A DNA stretch of 64,000 nt from Bacteroidales bacterium (GTDB taxonomy: Bacteria > Bacteroidota > Bacteroidia > Bacteroidales > UBA1402), in contig JAFODP010000020.1 of assembly GCA_017380635.1 (NCBI GenBank), positions 886 to 64,885 of the forward strand, written 5' to 3'. The notes beneath the pieces are model-generated. The model saw only the letters and a program-made list of their open reading frames with translations. It had not been told where the DNA came from and searched no databases. The position numbers and the translations under genes were made by a program. The stretch's first letter is position 1. Each line of letters starts with the position of its first letter. Positions 46,913-56,171 of the stretch are shown in pieces.

Positions 46913-47600
46913 ATTTCATTTGCAAAGTATCGGCGGTTTCTACCGTATAAATAAAGTTGATGTACAAAGTGTCGGTCTTGTCTGCATAACTTTTCTTGAG
47001 CGGCGACAAATCGAAACTATTCAATTGCCATTGGCTGCTATGTACGTTGATGCTGGGCGTGTAATGTTTCAATTCCAGATTGACATAATGTTTGCCTTTG
47101 GCATCGATGCTGTCGCTGTTGGGGTCGTAAGTCAAAGCTAGACGGTCCATTTTGTCTTTCGATTTGAAGGTGTAACAGCTAATGGTGAGCATGTCGTTGT
47201 AGTAGCTGCAATATTCCAGGTTTGACAATTGTTGGTTGGTGGCCAGGTCGGGCGTGCTGTCGCTAAGCAAATACAAATCATGTTTGGGGATGATGCGGAA
47301 AGCCGACAAATCCACTATCCAAGTGCTGTCTTCGTGGTTCATATTGTAATCCCATACCGAAAAAGCCAAGAGAAAACGCGAGTTGTAGGGAATAGAGTCG
47401 GGCTTTACAAAATCGGAAGCAATCAGCGTGATGCCGCCGTCGGCGATAAAGCATTCTCCCATCTTTTCGTTGGAAGGAACCAACGTGGCCAAAGTTTGAT
47501 ATGAATACAAGTTCTTCGTGTTTTCGATGAAATTGTCGCACGAAGTGCTGCTCAAAAGCAAGGCAAGAAGCCCCAAGGTAAACAGAGATAGTTTTTTCAT
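46899..47600 (-). CDS. NigD-like lipoprotein (paralog)
   Basis: Lipobox LLSSTSC, with similar length and layout to the neighbour. 14-nt overlap with it. Confidence 0.45.
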   Translation of the reverse strand: MKKLSLFTLGLLALLLSSTSCDNFIENTKNLYSYQTLATLVPSNEKMGECFIADGGITLIASDFVKPDSIPYNSRFLLAFSVWDYNMNHEDSTWIVDLSAFRIIPKHDLYLLSDSTPDLATNQQLSNLEYCSYYNDMLTISCYTFKSKDKMDRLALTYDPNSDSIDAKGKHYVNLELKHYTPSINVHSSQWQLNSFDLSPLKKSYADKTDTLYINFIYTVETADTLQMKYAMH

Positions 47601-48748
47601 TATAAAGTATTTAGATGATTTTTAAGAGGATTGGCATACATTTCCAGGATTTTTTCGCGCAAGAAAGCTTCGTCTTTTTGTCCCTGAGGAATGTCAATCT
47701 TTTCAATTTGCTTGTTCAAGTAGGTTTCGAAACGAAGCAAGTCTTCGTCGCTGTATTTATCGGCAAAATCTTTGCTTCCCGACAAAAGGTCTGCAGCGAC
47801 ATAATTGTTGGGATACATCCGATAATGACGATGAATGGAAGCGTCGATACGATCGGCAATCAGTTGTAACAGGTCGTTCTTGGGCATGCTGGCATCCATT
47901 TGCAAAATTTCCTGGCTGAGACATTGGTCGATATGATAATGCACTCGACCTTTGTATCCGGTGATGCCGGTGAGCATGTTCAGCAAATCGTCGGCAGGCG
48001 ATTTCTTGAAGCCTTCAATGTCGCGTTTCATTTGCATTTCCTTGGCTTTCAGATAGTCGCATGGGTCGTATTCGTAAGAGAGGCTCAAAGGCAACGGGCA
48101 CAAAGACGCCAATTCTTCCAAAACGTTACTGCCACCCGAAAGAATTAACATTTTCAGTACACTTTTCTGGGTGCGGTCGTTGCTGTCTTTGGCACGGCCT
48201 TCGCGTTGCGCCATCCAGATACACTGGCCGCGTTGCTTGATGGCATCCTGAATGTAAGACGACAATTCGCGCGAAGCCAGAATTTGTTCCTTTACGCCTA
48301 CGCCACGTTTCACGATGAAGCATTTGAGCAGACGTACGAAATGTTCTATCCAAGGACGAATCAGCAAGTTGTTGCCGATGGCTGTTTCGCTGGGTTCGAA
48401 GCCGTTTTCAAACAGGATATGGTTCAGTTGCACCGTGTCCATCACGATGTCGCGATGGTTGGAGATGAACAGATAAGCTTTCGATTTTTCGATGTTTTCC
48501 AGTCCGGAGCAAGTGATTTGGCTGTGACTCATTTGACAAACCTCTTTGAGCAAAGGTCTGACAAAGCCTTTCTGAAAACTCTCGAGCGTGGGAAAACTCA
48601 GTGCCAGTTGGCGATAGGCATCGGCATTGGGAATAAAGGGAATCTTGCGAAGCAGGTGCAAGAATTCAGGATCGTTCCACAATTGCGATTGAGCATTCTG
48701 ATAATCGCATTCCTGATAACAGCGGATGTCGTCGTAAGCTTGTTTCAT
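47600..48748 (-). CDS. PlsC-family acyltransferase (1-acyl-sn-glycerol-3-phosphate acyltransferase-like)
   Basis: HX4D motif in SNHRDIVMD, and EGRAKD. Confidence 0.7.
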   Translation of the reverse strand: MKQAYDDIRCYQECDYQNAQSQLWNDPEFLHLLRKIPFIPNADAYRQLALSFPTLESFQKGFVRPLLKEVCQMSHSQITCSGLENIEKSKAYLFISNHRDIVMDTVQLNHILFENGFEPSETAIGNNLLIRPWIEHFVRLLKCFIVKRGVGVKEQILASRELSSYIQDAIKQRGQCIWMAQREGRAKDSNDRTQKSVLKMLILSGGSNVLEELASLCPLPLSLSYEYDPCDYLKAKEMQMKRDIEGFKKSPADDLLNMLTGITGYKGRVHYHIDQCLSQEILQMDASMPKNDLLQLIADRIDASIHRHYRMYPNNYVAADLLSGSKDFADKYSDEDLLRFETYLNKQIEKIDIPQGQKDEAFLREKILEMYANPLKNHLNTL

Positions 48749-48751
48749 AGT

Positions 48752-49732
48752 TTATCCTATTATATCGGTGATGATTTCGTCCATAACTTCGGCCATGGTT
48801 TGGCCATTGGCAGCCACTTCCTGCGGAATGAAACTGGTGGCTGTCATGCCGGGCGTGGTGTTCACTTCGAGCAAGTAGATGTCGTCCTGACAAATGATGT
48901 AGTCGGCGCGGATGATGCCACGGCAGTCGAGCAAGTCGTAGATGAAGGATGTCTGAGCCTGGATCTGGTCGCGCAAGGCATCGGGAATACGGGCAGGCGT
49001 GATTTCTTCAACCTTGCCCTGATATTTGGCTTCGTAATCGAAGAATTCGTTTTCGGTTTGTACTTCGGTAAGGGGCAGACAAACGCTTTTTTGAGCCGTC
49101 TTGTAACAGCCGCTAGTGAGTTCAAGGCCATCGAGGAAGCTTTCGACGATGACGCTGCCGCCTTCGCAGAAGGCGGCAGCCACGGCGCCTTGCAATTGCG
49201 AAGCTTCTTTTACTTTCGTCGTGCCGAAGCTGGATCCGCCCACGTTCGATTTAACAAAACAGGGTAGACCGCAAGTGTCAAGAATCTCTTGTTCGTCAAA
49301 AACTCCGGGCTGCTTCAATAAGATAGATTTGGCCGTTTTGATGCCGAATTGATTCAAATAATGATTGCAGGTGTATTTATCGAAAGTGAGCGCAGCGGCC
49401 AACACGCCACAACATTGATAGGGCAGGCCGATAACATCGAAATAACCTTGTAGACAACCATTTTCGCCAGGCGTTCCGTGAATGGTAATCCAAGCCAAAT
49501 CGAAAGTGGTTTTCTTGCCTTGATAGGTGAAACTGAAATCGTTACGGTCGATGATGGCGCGGGCGTCGCTGTCCAATCCTTCGGGATAAGCTTGCCAATC
49601 GCGGCCGTGCAACACCACGACATAAGGCAGATATTTTTCCTTGTCGATAAAAGAGTAAAGCCCTTGGGCACTTCTCAATGAAACTTCGTATTCGGAGGAA
49701 TCGCCTCCGGCTACTATGGCGATGGTTTTCAT
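48752..49732 (-). CDS. ddl: D-alanine--D-alanine ligase
   Basis: MKTIAIVAGGDSSEYEVSLRSA start, an ATP-grasp body, and a C-terminal EVNTTPGMT. Confidence 0.9.
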   Translation of the reverse strand: MKTIAIVAGGDSSEYEVSLRSAQGLYSFIDKEKYLPYVVVLHGRDWQAYPEGLDSDARAIIDRNDFSFTYQGKKTTFDLAWITIHGTPGENGCLQGYFDVIGLPYQCCGVLAAALTFDKYTCNHYLNQFGIKTAKSILLKQPGVFDEQEILDTCGLPCFVKSNVGGSSFGTTKVKEASQLQGAVAAAFCEGGSVIVESFLDGLELTSGCYKTAQKSVCLPLTEVQTENEFFDYEAKYQGKVEEITPARIPDALRDQIQAQTSFIYDLLDCRGIIRADYIICQDDIYLLEVNTTPGMTATSFIPQEVAANGQTMAEVMDEIITDIIG

Positions 49733-49734
49733 AA

Positions 49735-50817
49735 TCATTCTTCGTTGTTTAAATCGCGAGCTGCGGTATAGTTTCTCCATTTCTGGAGCAATAATTCAAA
49801 ATCGTTGGGTGTTTCGGAAGTGAAGAACATCTTTTCGTGCGTGCGCGGATGTTCGAAACCTAAAGTCTTGGCATGCAAAGCTTGACGCGGACAAACGGCA
49901 AAACAATTTTCCACAAACTGTTTGTATTTGGCAAAACGTGTGCCCTTCAGGATTTCGTTGCCGCCATAACGTGCATCGTTGAAAAGCGGATGGCCAAGAT
50001 GCTGCATGTGAACGCGAATCTGATGCGTTCTGCCCGTCTCCAGACGACATTCCACCAAAGTGACATAACCGAAACGTTCCAATACGCGGTAGTTGGTGAC
50101 GGCGTGTTTGCTGCCTTCGTCGCCATCGGGATAGACGCACATCTGCAGACGGTCGCGCTTGCTTCTACCAATGGGAATATCCACGCGGCCTTCGTTCTCT
50201 TCGAAATTGCCCCACACCAAAGCATGATAACAGCGTTCGGTGGTTTTGTTGAAAAACTGTGCGCCCAAAAAGGCCTTGGCTTCCGGATTCTTGGCAATCA
50301 CCAGCAAACCCGAAGTGTCCTTATCGATGCGATGCACCAAACCCGGGCGCGGATCGTCCGAAGGAAACTGCGGATCGTCCTTGAAATGCCACACCAATCC
50401 ATTCACCAGCGTGCCTGTGAAATTGCCATGACCGGGATGCACCACCATGCCGGCGGGTTTGTTCACCACCATCAGGTCGCAGTCTTCGTACACAATGTCG
50501 AGCGGAATATTTTCGGGAATAACTTCGGTGTCGTTGGGCTGATAGTTCACCATCACGCGGATATCGTCGCCGGGCTTGACGCGATAATTCGATTTGACGG
50601 CATTGCCATTGACGATAATCATGCCACTATCGGCAGCATCCTGAATACGGCTACGCGACACATTGGCAATATGTGCCACCAGAAATTTATCGATACGCAA
50701 CAAAGTTTGTCCGGGATCGGCCACGAAATGCCATTGTTCGTAAAGTTCGCGGCTTTCGTAGAAATCTTCCTCCAGATTCTCTTCCTGCGACAATGAAATG
50801 TCCTTGTAATCGGTCAT
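49735..50817 (-). CDS. rluD: RluA-family 23S rRNA pseudouridine synthase (RluD-like)
   Basis: S4 domain followed by HRIDKDTSGLLV, which contains the catalytic Asp. Confidence 0.85.
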   Translation of the reverse strand: MTDYKDISLSQEENLEEDFYESRELYEQWHFVADPGQTLLRIDKFLVAHIANVSRSRIQDAADSGMIIVNGNAVKSNYRVKPGDDIRVMVNYQPNDTEVIPENIPLDIVYEDCDLMVVNKPAGMVVHPGHGNFTGTLVNGLVWHFKDDPQFPSDDPRPGLVHRIDKDTSGLLVIAKNPEAKAFLGAQFFNKTTERCYHALVWGNFEENEGRVDIPIGRSKRDRLQMCVYPDGDEGSKHAVTNYRVLERFGYVTLVECRLETGRTHQIRVHMQHLGHPLFNDARYGGNEILKGTRFAKYKQFVENCFAVCPRQALHAKTLGFEHPRTHEKMFFTSETPNDFELLLQKWRNYTAARDLNNEE

Positions 50818-50824
50818 GAGGCTA

Positions 50825-51634
50825 TCAGAAATCTATTTCGATGTCTTCTATCAGCAAACTGTCGGGCGAAAGCAACATGTCGGGATTTTTGCTCATCCAA
50901 ACGTTGACGCGCTTGCCCACGTTGTAATGCATGTGCGGCGCGGGGTCTTGCATGTAGACGAAATATTTGTTGGCGTCGCGTTTGTTGTCGGGTTCCACGT
51001 CGTAATAGATGTCGCCGATGTTGACGCTGCTTTCGTGTGCGATGATGATGGCCGAGTCGAGCGATTTGCCGATAAGTTCGGGGATGGCAATTTTTTCGCT
51101 GCCGGCGCCTTGTCCCACAATCAGGTCGAGGGCGGTGCCTACTGGCAGACTAGCGCCATTGCTGACGCTGAGGCCTTCGTGTTGTACATCAATCACCAAA
51201 TCGCGGTATTCCGAAGGCGCGAAACGCACATCGGCAATCTTGAAACCTAAAGCTTGCAAAGTGGCAATGGCTTGACGCTGAGAGAAGTCCTTCACGTTGG
51301 GCACCATCATGTATTTTTCTTCCTGTGAATTGATGGTGAGATAAATGATGCGATTTTCCTTCACTTTCGAGCCTGCCGAAGGTCGTTGTTCCAGCACCAC
51401 ACCGGCCGGATGATTGGCGTTGCGGATAGAATCGATGATTTCGAAGCGCAGGGCATTGTTCTTCAAACTGAGTGCGGCCTCTTCCAAATGTTGCAACGTG
51501 ACGTCGGGAACACGCAGGGCTTTGTCGTGACGGGTATAGGCTTTCAGCCAGATATTCAGTGCGATAAATAGTATAACGATGGTCAAAACAAAGACCACCA
51601 ACTGAAACATTGTCTTTTTAATTCCGGGTTTCAT
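50825..51634 (-). CDS. PASTA-domain protein
   Basis: N-terminal TM segment followed by three PASTA-like repeats (VPDVTLQHLEEA.., VPNVKDFSQRQA.., IPELIGKSLDSA..). Confidence 0.7.
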   Translation of the reverse strand: MKPGIKKTMFQLVVFVLTIVILFIALNIWLKAYTRHDKALRVPDVTLQHLEEAALSLKNNALRFEIIDSIRNANHPAGVVLEQRPSAGSKVKENRIIYLTINSQEEKYMMVPNVKDFSQRQAIATLQALGFKIADVRFAPSEYRDLVIDVQHEGLSVSNGASLPVGTALDLIVGQGAGSEKIAIPELIGKSLDSAIIIAHESSVNIGDIYYDVEPDNKRDANKYFVYMQDPAPHMHYNVGKRVNVWMSKNPDMLLSPDSLLIEDIEIDF

Positions 51635-51687
51635 ATTTTGATTATATGAGTAGCTTGCAAAGGTAACATTTTTCTTGAGTTGAAAGC

Positions 51688-51720
51688 AAAAAAAAAGTAA
51701 AGACGCGGGGCCTTTACTTT
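51688..51720 (-). terminator. rho-independent terminator of rpmH
   Basis: Minus strand: aaagtaaag-gccccgcgt-ctttacttt followed by a T8 run. Confidence 0.75.
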
Positions 51721-51755
51721 TAGAAGATGACGTTCGAACTCAATCGAACATAAAA

Positions 51756-51914
51756 TTAACCTTTCAGACGTTCTTCGTCAGATACGGTCAATTTCTTTCT
51801 GCCGTGAGCACGACGGCTTGCCAATACGCGACGACCGTTAGCGGTAGCCATTCTGGCGCGAAAACCATGTTTGTTGGCTCTCTTTCTGTTCGAGGGTTGG
51901 AATGTTCTTTTCAT
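51756..51914 (-). CDS. rpmH: 50S ribosomal protein L34
   Basis: Hand translation gives [52 protein letters not shown]. Missing from the ORF track because it is under 60 aa. Confidence 0.95.
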   Translation of the reverse strand: MKRTFQPSNRKRANKHGFRARMATANGRRVLASRRAHGRKKLTVSDEERLKG

Positions 51915-51969
51915 AACGTTCTATATTACTTGTTTTTATTTCTAATTTTCGTCTTGTTTTTAGCGGACG

Positions 51970-51977
51970 CAAAAGTA
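51970..51977 (-). promoter_or_regulatory. -7 promoter box TActTTTG upstream of rpmH
   Basis: The reverse complement of caaaagta is TACTTTTG, 56 nt upstream of the ATG. Confidence 0.35.
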
Positions 51978-52101
51978 CTGAATATTTTTGAATTGACAAA
52001 TGCTTGCTATAATTTTTTTAAAAATTTGCTGATGTGGAAGATTTGAGCGATATTTGCAGCCGCAAAAAATTAATATTCATTTAATTAGAAAAAATATTTT
52101 T

Positions 52102-52665
52102 ATGGCTACTACCGCTGATTTTAAGAATGGTATGTGCATCGACTTGGACGGTGCGTATTATTTTATTGTTGAATTTTTGCACGTTAAGCCCGGTAAAGGT
52201 GCTGCTTTCGTTCGTACGAAACTGAAAAATGTGCAGACCGGCCGCGTGTTGGAAAAGACCTTCAACTCGGGTGTGAAAGTGGACGAAGTACGTATCGAAC
52301 GTCGTCCTTATCAGTTCCTTTATCAGGACGATATGGGTTACAACTTTATGCATGCTGAAACCTACGAACAGATTGTTATTGCCAAGGATCTTATCAACGG
52401 TGTTGATTTCTTGAAAGATGGCGATATGTGCGAAGTGGTTACCCACGCTGAATCTGAAACCGTTCTTTATGCCGATGTTCCTACTCACGTAGTTTTGGAA
52501 ATCACTTACACCGAACCTGGTTTGCGTGGTGATACGGCTACCAACACCTTGAAGCCTGCAACCGTTGAAACTGGTGCTACCGTTCGTGTTCCTTTGTTTA
52601 TCGAAGTGGGCGAAAAGATCAAGGTAGATACCCGCGATGGTTCATACGTAGAACGCGTTCGCTAA
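52102..52665 (+). CDS. efp: elongation factor P
   Basis: [54 protein letters not shown]. Start set at the internal Met. Confidence 0.95.
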   Translation: MATTADFKNGMCIDLDGAYYFIVEFLHVKPGKGAAFVRTKLKNVQTGRVLEKTFNSGVKVDEVRIERRPYQFLYQDDMGYNFMHAETYEQIVIAKDLINGVDFLKDGDMCEVVTHAESETVLYADVPTHVVLEITYTEPGLRGDTATNTLKPATVETGATVRVPLFIEVGEKIKVDTRDGSYVERVR

Positions 52666-52687
52666 TCAATAGTTTTGCAAAGAAACG

Positions 52688-52721
52688 AAAAGCCTGTCGG
52701 CCTGTGCCGATGGGCTTTTTT
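52688..52721 (+). terminator. efp terminator
   Basis: aaaagcctgtcgg-cctgtg-ccgatgggctttttt, an imperfect stem plus a T-run. Confidence 0.6.
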
Positions 52722-52760
52722 CGTTGGTGAAGACTGGGGTTTTAGGTTGGTGGAAAGAGT

Positions 52761-52789
52761 GCGAGCCGGGCCCGACGGGCCCGGCTCGC
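52761..52789. terminator. GC-rich 12-bp perfect hairpin between convergent genes
   Basis: gcgagccgggcc-cgacg-ggcccggctcgc. It resembles the hairpin at 23044-23068. Confidence 0.4.
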
Positions 52790-52823
52790 ATCGTCATCAT
52801 CGTGTTTTTCAATCTGTTAAAAG

Positions 52824-53300
52824 TTAATAGTTGATTAGGTATTTTTTGTCAGAAGTTTCAATAAGTGCCAATCGCTCTTTGTTGCAGCAGAACAATCGAA
52901 GCTTGCCTTCTTCGGGATGAACGAAAATGCCCCAATAGCCCAAAGTGCCCCCGCTCCCATGACGACGTCGGCATTTGTTGAGGAAATGCTTATCCACTTG
53001 TTCCAGGCGGACAATGTCGTGCTTGTCAATCAGACTGCGGCCAATCAATCGTTTCAGTGCGATATAATCGTCGTCCACGATTAAGCCGACAGGCGTCATA
53101 CTGAAGCAGAAGACGAGAACCGGGATCAAGATGAATATTCCGACGATGTCTTCGCGATGGTGTATCACCTCGATAATCAAAATGACAAGGCAGGTGAGTA
53201 AGATAAGGCAGAAAAAGCTATTGAGTATCCATGCTTTTTTGTCCCATCTGTAACGGCAGGAGTTGATGTCGGAAATCTTGAGTGAGGGTTGTTTATTCAT
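52824..53300 (-). CDS. membrane protein with C-terminal bacterial PH (bPH)-like domain
   Basis: Start set at MNKQPS. Two TM helices followed by DDYIALKRLIGRSLIDKHDIVRLEQV...GSGGTLGYWGIF, a bPH-like pattern. Confidence 0.5.
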   Translation of the reverse strand: MNKQPSLKISDINSCRYRWDKKAWILNSFFCLILLTCLVILIIEVIHHREDIVGIFILIPVLVFCFSMTPVGLIVDDDYIALKRLIGRSLIDKHDIVRLEQVDKHFLNKCRRRHGSGGTLGYWGIFVHPEEGKLRLFCCNKERLALIETSDKKYLINY

Positions 53301-53466
53301 CTTTCTTGTTCTTTTGTCTGCTTGCGCGACGCAAAGCATCTGCAATGATCCACTGGAGTTGTCCGTTGACGCTACGAAATTCGTCGGCGGCCCATTTCTC
53401 CAGGGCGTTCATGGTGTCGGTGTCGATGCGCAGGATGAAGCTTTTGGTGTCTTTTTTTTCGGCCAT
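53293..53466 (-). CDS. Arc/MetJ-type ribbon-helix-helix DNA-binding protein (57 aa, not in the ORF track)
   Basis: Hand translation gives MAEKKDTKSFILRIDTDTMNALEKWAADEFRSVNGQLQWIIADALRRASRQKNKKDE, an RHH beta-strand followed by two helices. Its last 8 nt (ATGAATAA) overlap the start of the next gene. Confidence 0.6.
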   Translation of the reverse strand: MAEKKDTKSFILRIDTDTMNALEKWAADEFRSVNGQLQWIIADALRRASRQKNKKDE

Positions 53467-53478
53467 GACAACCGCTTT

Positions 53479-54441
53479 TTAGTTGTACAAAGTGCCGGTA
53501 TTTACCACAGGCTGCGCTTGTTCGTCGGCGCAAAGCACCACCATCAGATTGCTCACCATGGCGGCTTTCTTGTCGTCGTCGAGCGTTACGATTTCTTCTT
53601 CAGAGAGTTTGTCGAGCGCCATCTTCACCATCGAAACAGCACCTTCCACAATCTTTTCGCGAGCCGAAATAACGGCCGAGGCCTGCTGACGACGCAACAT
53701 CACGGCGGCGATTTCGGGTGCGTAAGCCAAATAATTGATGCGGGCTTCCACTACTTCGATGCCGGCCATGGCCAAGCGTTCGTTCAAAGTGTTTTCGAGG
53801 ATTTCGTTGATTTCTTCGCCACCGCTACGCAAAGTTAGTTCGTTGGCGTCGCCTTCGTTGTTGTCGTAGTTGTAATGCGTAGCCACCTGACGCAGAGCGG
53901 CATCCGACTGAATCTTCACATAATTTTCAAAAGCTTTCATGATGGACGATACCGTGGTCGTGCCGGTGGCGGCGCTTGTGGCCATGGTCTGCGAGTCGAT
54001 TTCGAACATCGATTTATAGGTGTCTTTCAGTTTCCAGGTGAGCACCAAACCAACCATAATCGGGTTGCCGGCTTTGTCGTTTACCTTGATGGGCTCTACG
54101 TCCAAATTGCGCGCACGCATCGACAGTTTCTTCTTGGCAAAGAAGGGGTTAACCCAATAAAAACCGGTTTTGGTGAAAGTGCCTTGGTATTTACCGAAAA
54201 ATACCAGTACGCGAGCCTGGTTTGGTTCCAGTTCCATGTAGCCTATCATGCTGATAATCCAGAAGATACCGATCAGAACGATGATCGTTGCCGCCAATCC
54301 TATACCGATAATTCCCTTGCTTGCGGCCAGGGCCAATCCTACCACCAATGCAGGCATCACCACAATGTGTCCGAGCAGCATCCAAAATCCGCTCATGCTG
54401 AATCCTTGGAAATCCTTTTCCTGTTGAATCATTTCTTTCAT
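53479..54441 (-). CDS. SPFH/band-7 domain membrane protein
   Basis: N-terminal TM helices followed by ARVLVFFGKYQGTFTKTGFYWVNPFFAKKKLSMRARNLDVEPIKVNDKAGNPI, typical of an SPFH core. Confidence 0.75.
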   Translation of the reverse strand: MKEMIQQEKDFQGFSMSGFWMLLGHIVVMPALVVGLALAASKGIIGIGLAATIIVLIGIFWIISMIGYMELEPNQARVLVFFGKYQGTFTKTGFYWVNPFFAKKKLSMRARNLDVEPIKVNDKAGNPIMVGLVLTWKLKDTYKSMFEIDSQTMATSAATGTTTVSSIMKAFENYVKIQSDAALRQVATHYNYDNNEGDANELTLRSGGEEINEILENTLNERLAMAGIEVVEARINYLAYAPEIAAVMLRRQQASAVISAREKIVEGAVSMVKMALDKLSEEEIVTLDDDKKAAMVSNLMVVLCADEQAQPVVNTGTLYN

Positions 54442-54506
54442 AGTCTCTACAAATTAAAAGGTTGAATAAATAATAATTGATTTAGATTTGATTGATTGTA
54501 TATATT

Positions 54507-54550
54507 GATTTTTTTGTTCGTTCGTGATGATTTTTTTGTTCGTTCGTAAT
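54507..54550. repeat. 2 x 22-bp tandem repeat upstream of the SPFH operon
   Basis: gatttttttgttcgttcgtgat / gatttttttgttcgttcgtaat (21/22 identical), 66-110 nt upstream of the ATG at 54441 on the minus strand. Confidence 0.85.
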
Positions 54551-54641
54551 GATATCAAAATGATATCGCAAAGATATTTCGTCTTTTTGAAACGCGCAAG
54601 ATTTTTGCGAAATTTTTAAGTAAAGTCTATTTTGACAGAAA

Positions 54642-54875
54642 ACAGAATGCGGCTCGGCAGAAGACAGGATGCGGCTCGGCATAAAAATCAAGCAAGCTCG
54701 TTTTTCTGCTCTCGCCTTTCACTATCTTTATAGAAGACAGGATGCGGCTCGGCATAAAAATCAAGCAAACTTGTTTTTCTGCTCTCGCCTTTACTATCTT
54801 TATAGAAGACAGGATGCGGCTCGGCATAAAAATCAAGCAAGCTTGTTTTTCTGCTCTCGCCTTTCACTATCTTTG
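54642..54875 (+). repeat. 3 x 72-73-bp tandem repeat plus a 19-bp partial seed
   Basis: Units at 54659-54731, 54732-54803 and 54804-54875 (agaagacaggatgcggctcggcataaaaatcaagcaag.t.gtttttctgctctcgcctttcactatcttt). The units differ by 2 substitutions and one 1-nt indel. The partial copy acagaatgcggctcggcag lies at 54642-54660. Confidence 0.95.
54868..54875 (+). promoter_or_regulatory. -7 promoter box TAtcTTTG at the end of repeat unit 3
   Basis: A perfect TAnnTTTG 27 nt upstream of the ATG at 54903. Units 1 and 2 carry TAtcTTTA at the same position. Confidence 0.5.
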
Positions 54876-54902
54876 CAAAAACTTCTGAAACACTGATATG
54901 GT

Positions 54903-55094
54903 ATGATGACCCCGAAACAACAAACTTTGTATGCGCTGATGGAATGTGAGGGCTACAGCTACGGTTGTATGCAAATGGTAATGAGCTTGTTGGGCGCTTC
55001 GCGCGAGGCACTCGACGACATGATACTTTTCATCGGAGACGAGCATCCATCCGAACGCGAACTGATTGCAAAATTGGCCGAACTTTGCGAATGA
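54903..55094 (+). CDS. small hypothetical protein (63 aa)
   Basis: An ORF with a promoter box directly upstream. No recognisable domain. Confidence 0.4.
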   Translation: MMTPKQQTLYALMECEGYSYGCMQMVMSLLGASREALDDMILFIGDEHPSERELIAKLAELCE

Positions 55095-55298
55095 TTACGT
55101 TTTGCAGAATGATGGTAGCGCAAATATTCGCTGTCTATTTTTGAAGGTGATGAGATGAGTGAGAATTTAATTTGCTGAAAGATCAATTACCGAAGGCGGA
55201 TTTGATAGATTGTCATAATTTAGATTAAGGGAGAGGCTGTGCTTAAATGAAAATTTGGCGCAGCTTCTTCCTTTGTTAATACATGTAAATTAAATGTA

Positions 55299-55547
55299 AT
55301 GCTTATGGCAACAGTAAAAGTGAAATTTCGTCCATCAAAAGTGGAAGGCAAAAAAGGTGTGATTTATTATCAGATTATTCATCGTCGTAAAACGGTACAT
55401 ATTTCTACCAAATATCGAATCTACTCTCAAGATTGGGATGAAGAGACGTTGGCTATCTTTCCTCATTCCAGGGCATTTTCCGCTTTGCAACATCGTGTGG
55501 ATGCAGAGTTTGATGGAAAGTGTATTAAAGAATTTTACCATATTTAA
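55299..55547 (+). pseudogene. 5' remnant of a Bacteroidales tyrosine integrase (Arm DNA-binding domain only)
   Basis: MATVKVKFRPSKVEGKKGVIYYQIIHRRKTVHISTKYRIYSQDWDEE is the typical integrase N-terminus. The ORF stops after 82 aa, whereas full-length integrases are about 400 aa. Confidence 0.7.
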
Positions 55548-55604
55548 GATATTTTATCGTATATTGCGGACCAATTAGAGAGATTTATGATTCTGTAAGA
55601 AATA

Positions 55605-56171
55605 ATGACTGACCAACAAATAATAGCGGCATTGGTGGAGCGAGATGAGAAAGTTACTCGGCAATTCTTTTTTAAGGATTGTCGTCCGCTTTTTGCTAGT
55701 ATCATTCGTCATGTGTTTACGTACAAGGTGGATTACGATGAGTTTGTGAATGAATTCTATCTTTATTTGATGGAAAACGAAGCTCATCGTCTGCGTCAAT
55801 TCCAGGGAAGAAGTTCTATCTATCAGTGGATGAAGGTGGTAGCTATTCGTTATTTTGTAGCTAAAAGGGATTCAATGATAGATATGGAACCTCGGGAACC
55901 TCTTTCCAATGAACCTGAAGCATCCTATGATAAATCGGGTGCCATATCAGCTGCTATCGATGTACGACGTTTGCTTGGCATGATGCCGAACAAGCGCCAT
56001 GTGTATGTTTTGCAGCGATTGCTCTTGGACGATGCGGAACCTAAAGAAGTGGCAGAAGAGTTGCAAGTGACAGTAGATAATTTGTATAACATAAAGAAAA
56101 GGGCTATGGCTGCGCTGACACAAATGGTGCTTTTCGAAACTGGGAAATATGAAAAAGAAATCTGTAAATAA
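55605..56171 (+). CDS. sigma-70 family (ECF-like) RNA polymerase sigma factor
   Basis: A region 2-like segment (EFYLYLMENEAHRLRQFQGRSSIYQWMKVVAIRYF) and a region 4 helix-turn-helix (EPKEVAEELQVTVDNLYNIKKRAMAAL). Confidence 0.7.
   Translation: MTDQQIIAALVERDEKVTRQFFFKDCRPLFASIIRHVFTYKVDYDEFVNEFYLYLMENEAHRLRQFQGRSSIYQWMKVVAIRYFVAKRDSMIDMEPREPLSNEPEASYDKSGAISAAIDVRRLLGMMPNKRHVYVLQRLLLDDAEPKEVAEELQVTVDNLYNIKKRAMAALTQMVLFETGKYEKEICK

Noticed and set aside
54642-54875. Possible CRISPR array
   Set aside because: The units are contiguous 72-73-bp copies with no unique spacers, and no cas genes are nearby.
54482-55011. Minus-strand ORFs with the repeated peptide IFMPSRILSS, and the plus-strand ORF 54669-54896
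   Set aside because: Their periodic peptides come from translating the 72-73-bp tandem DNA repeat. They have no independent start or promoter support.
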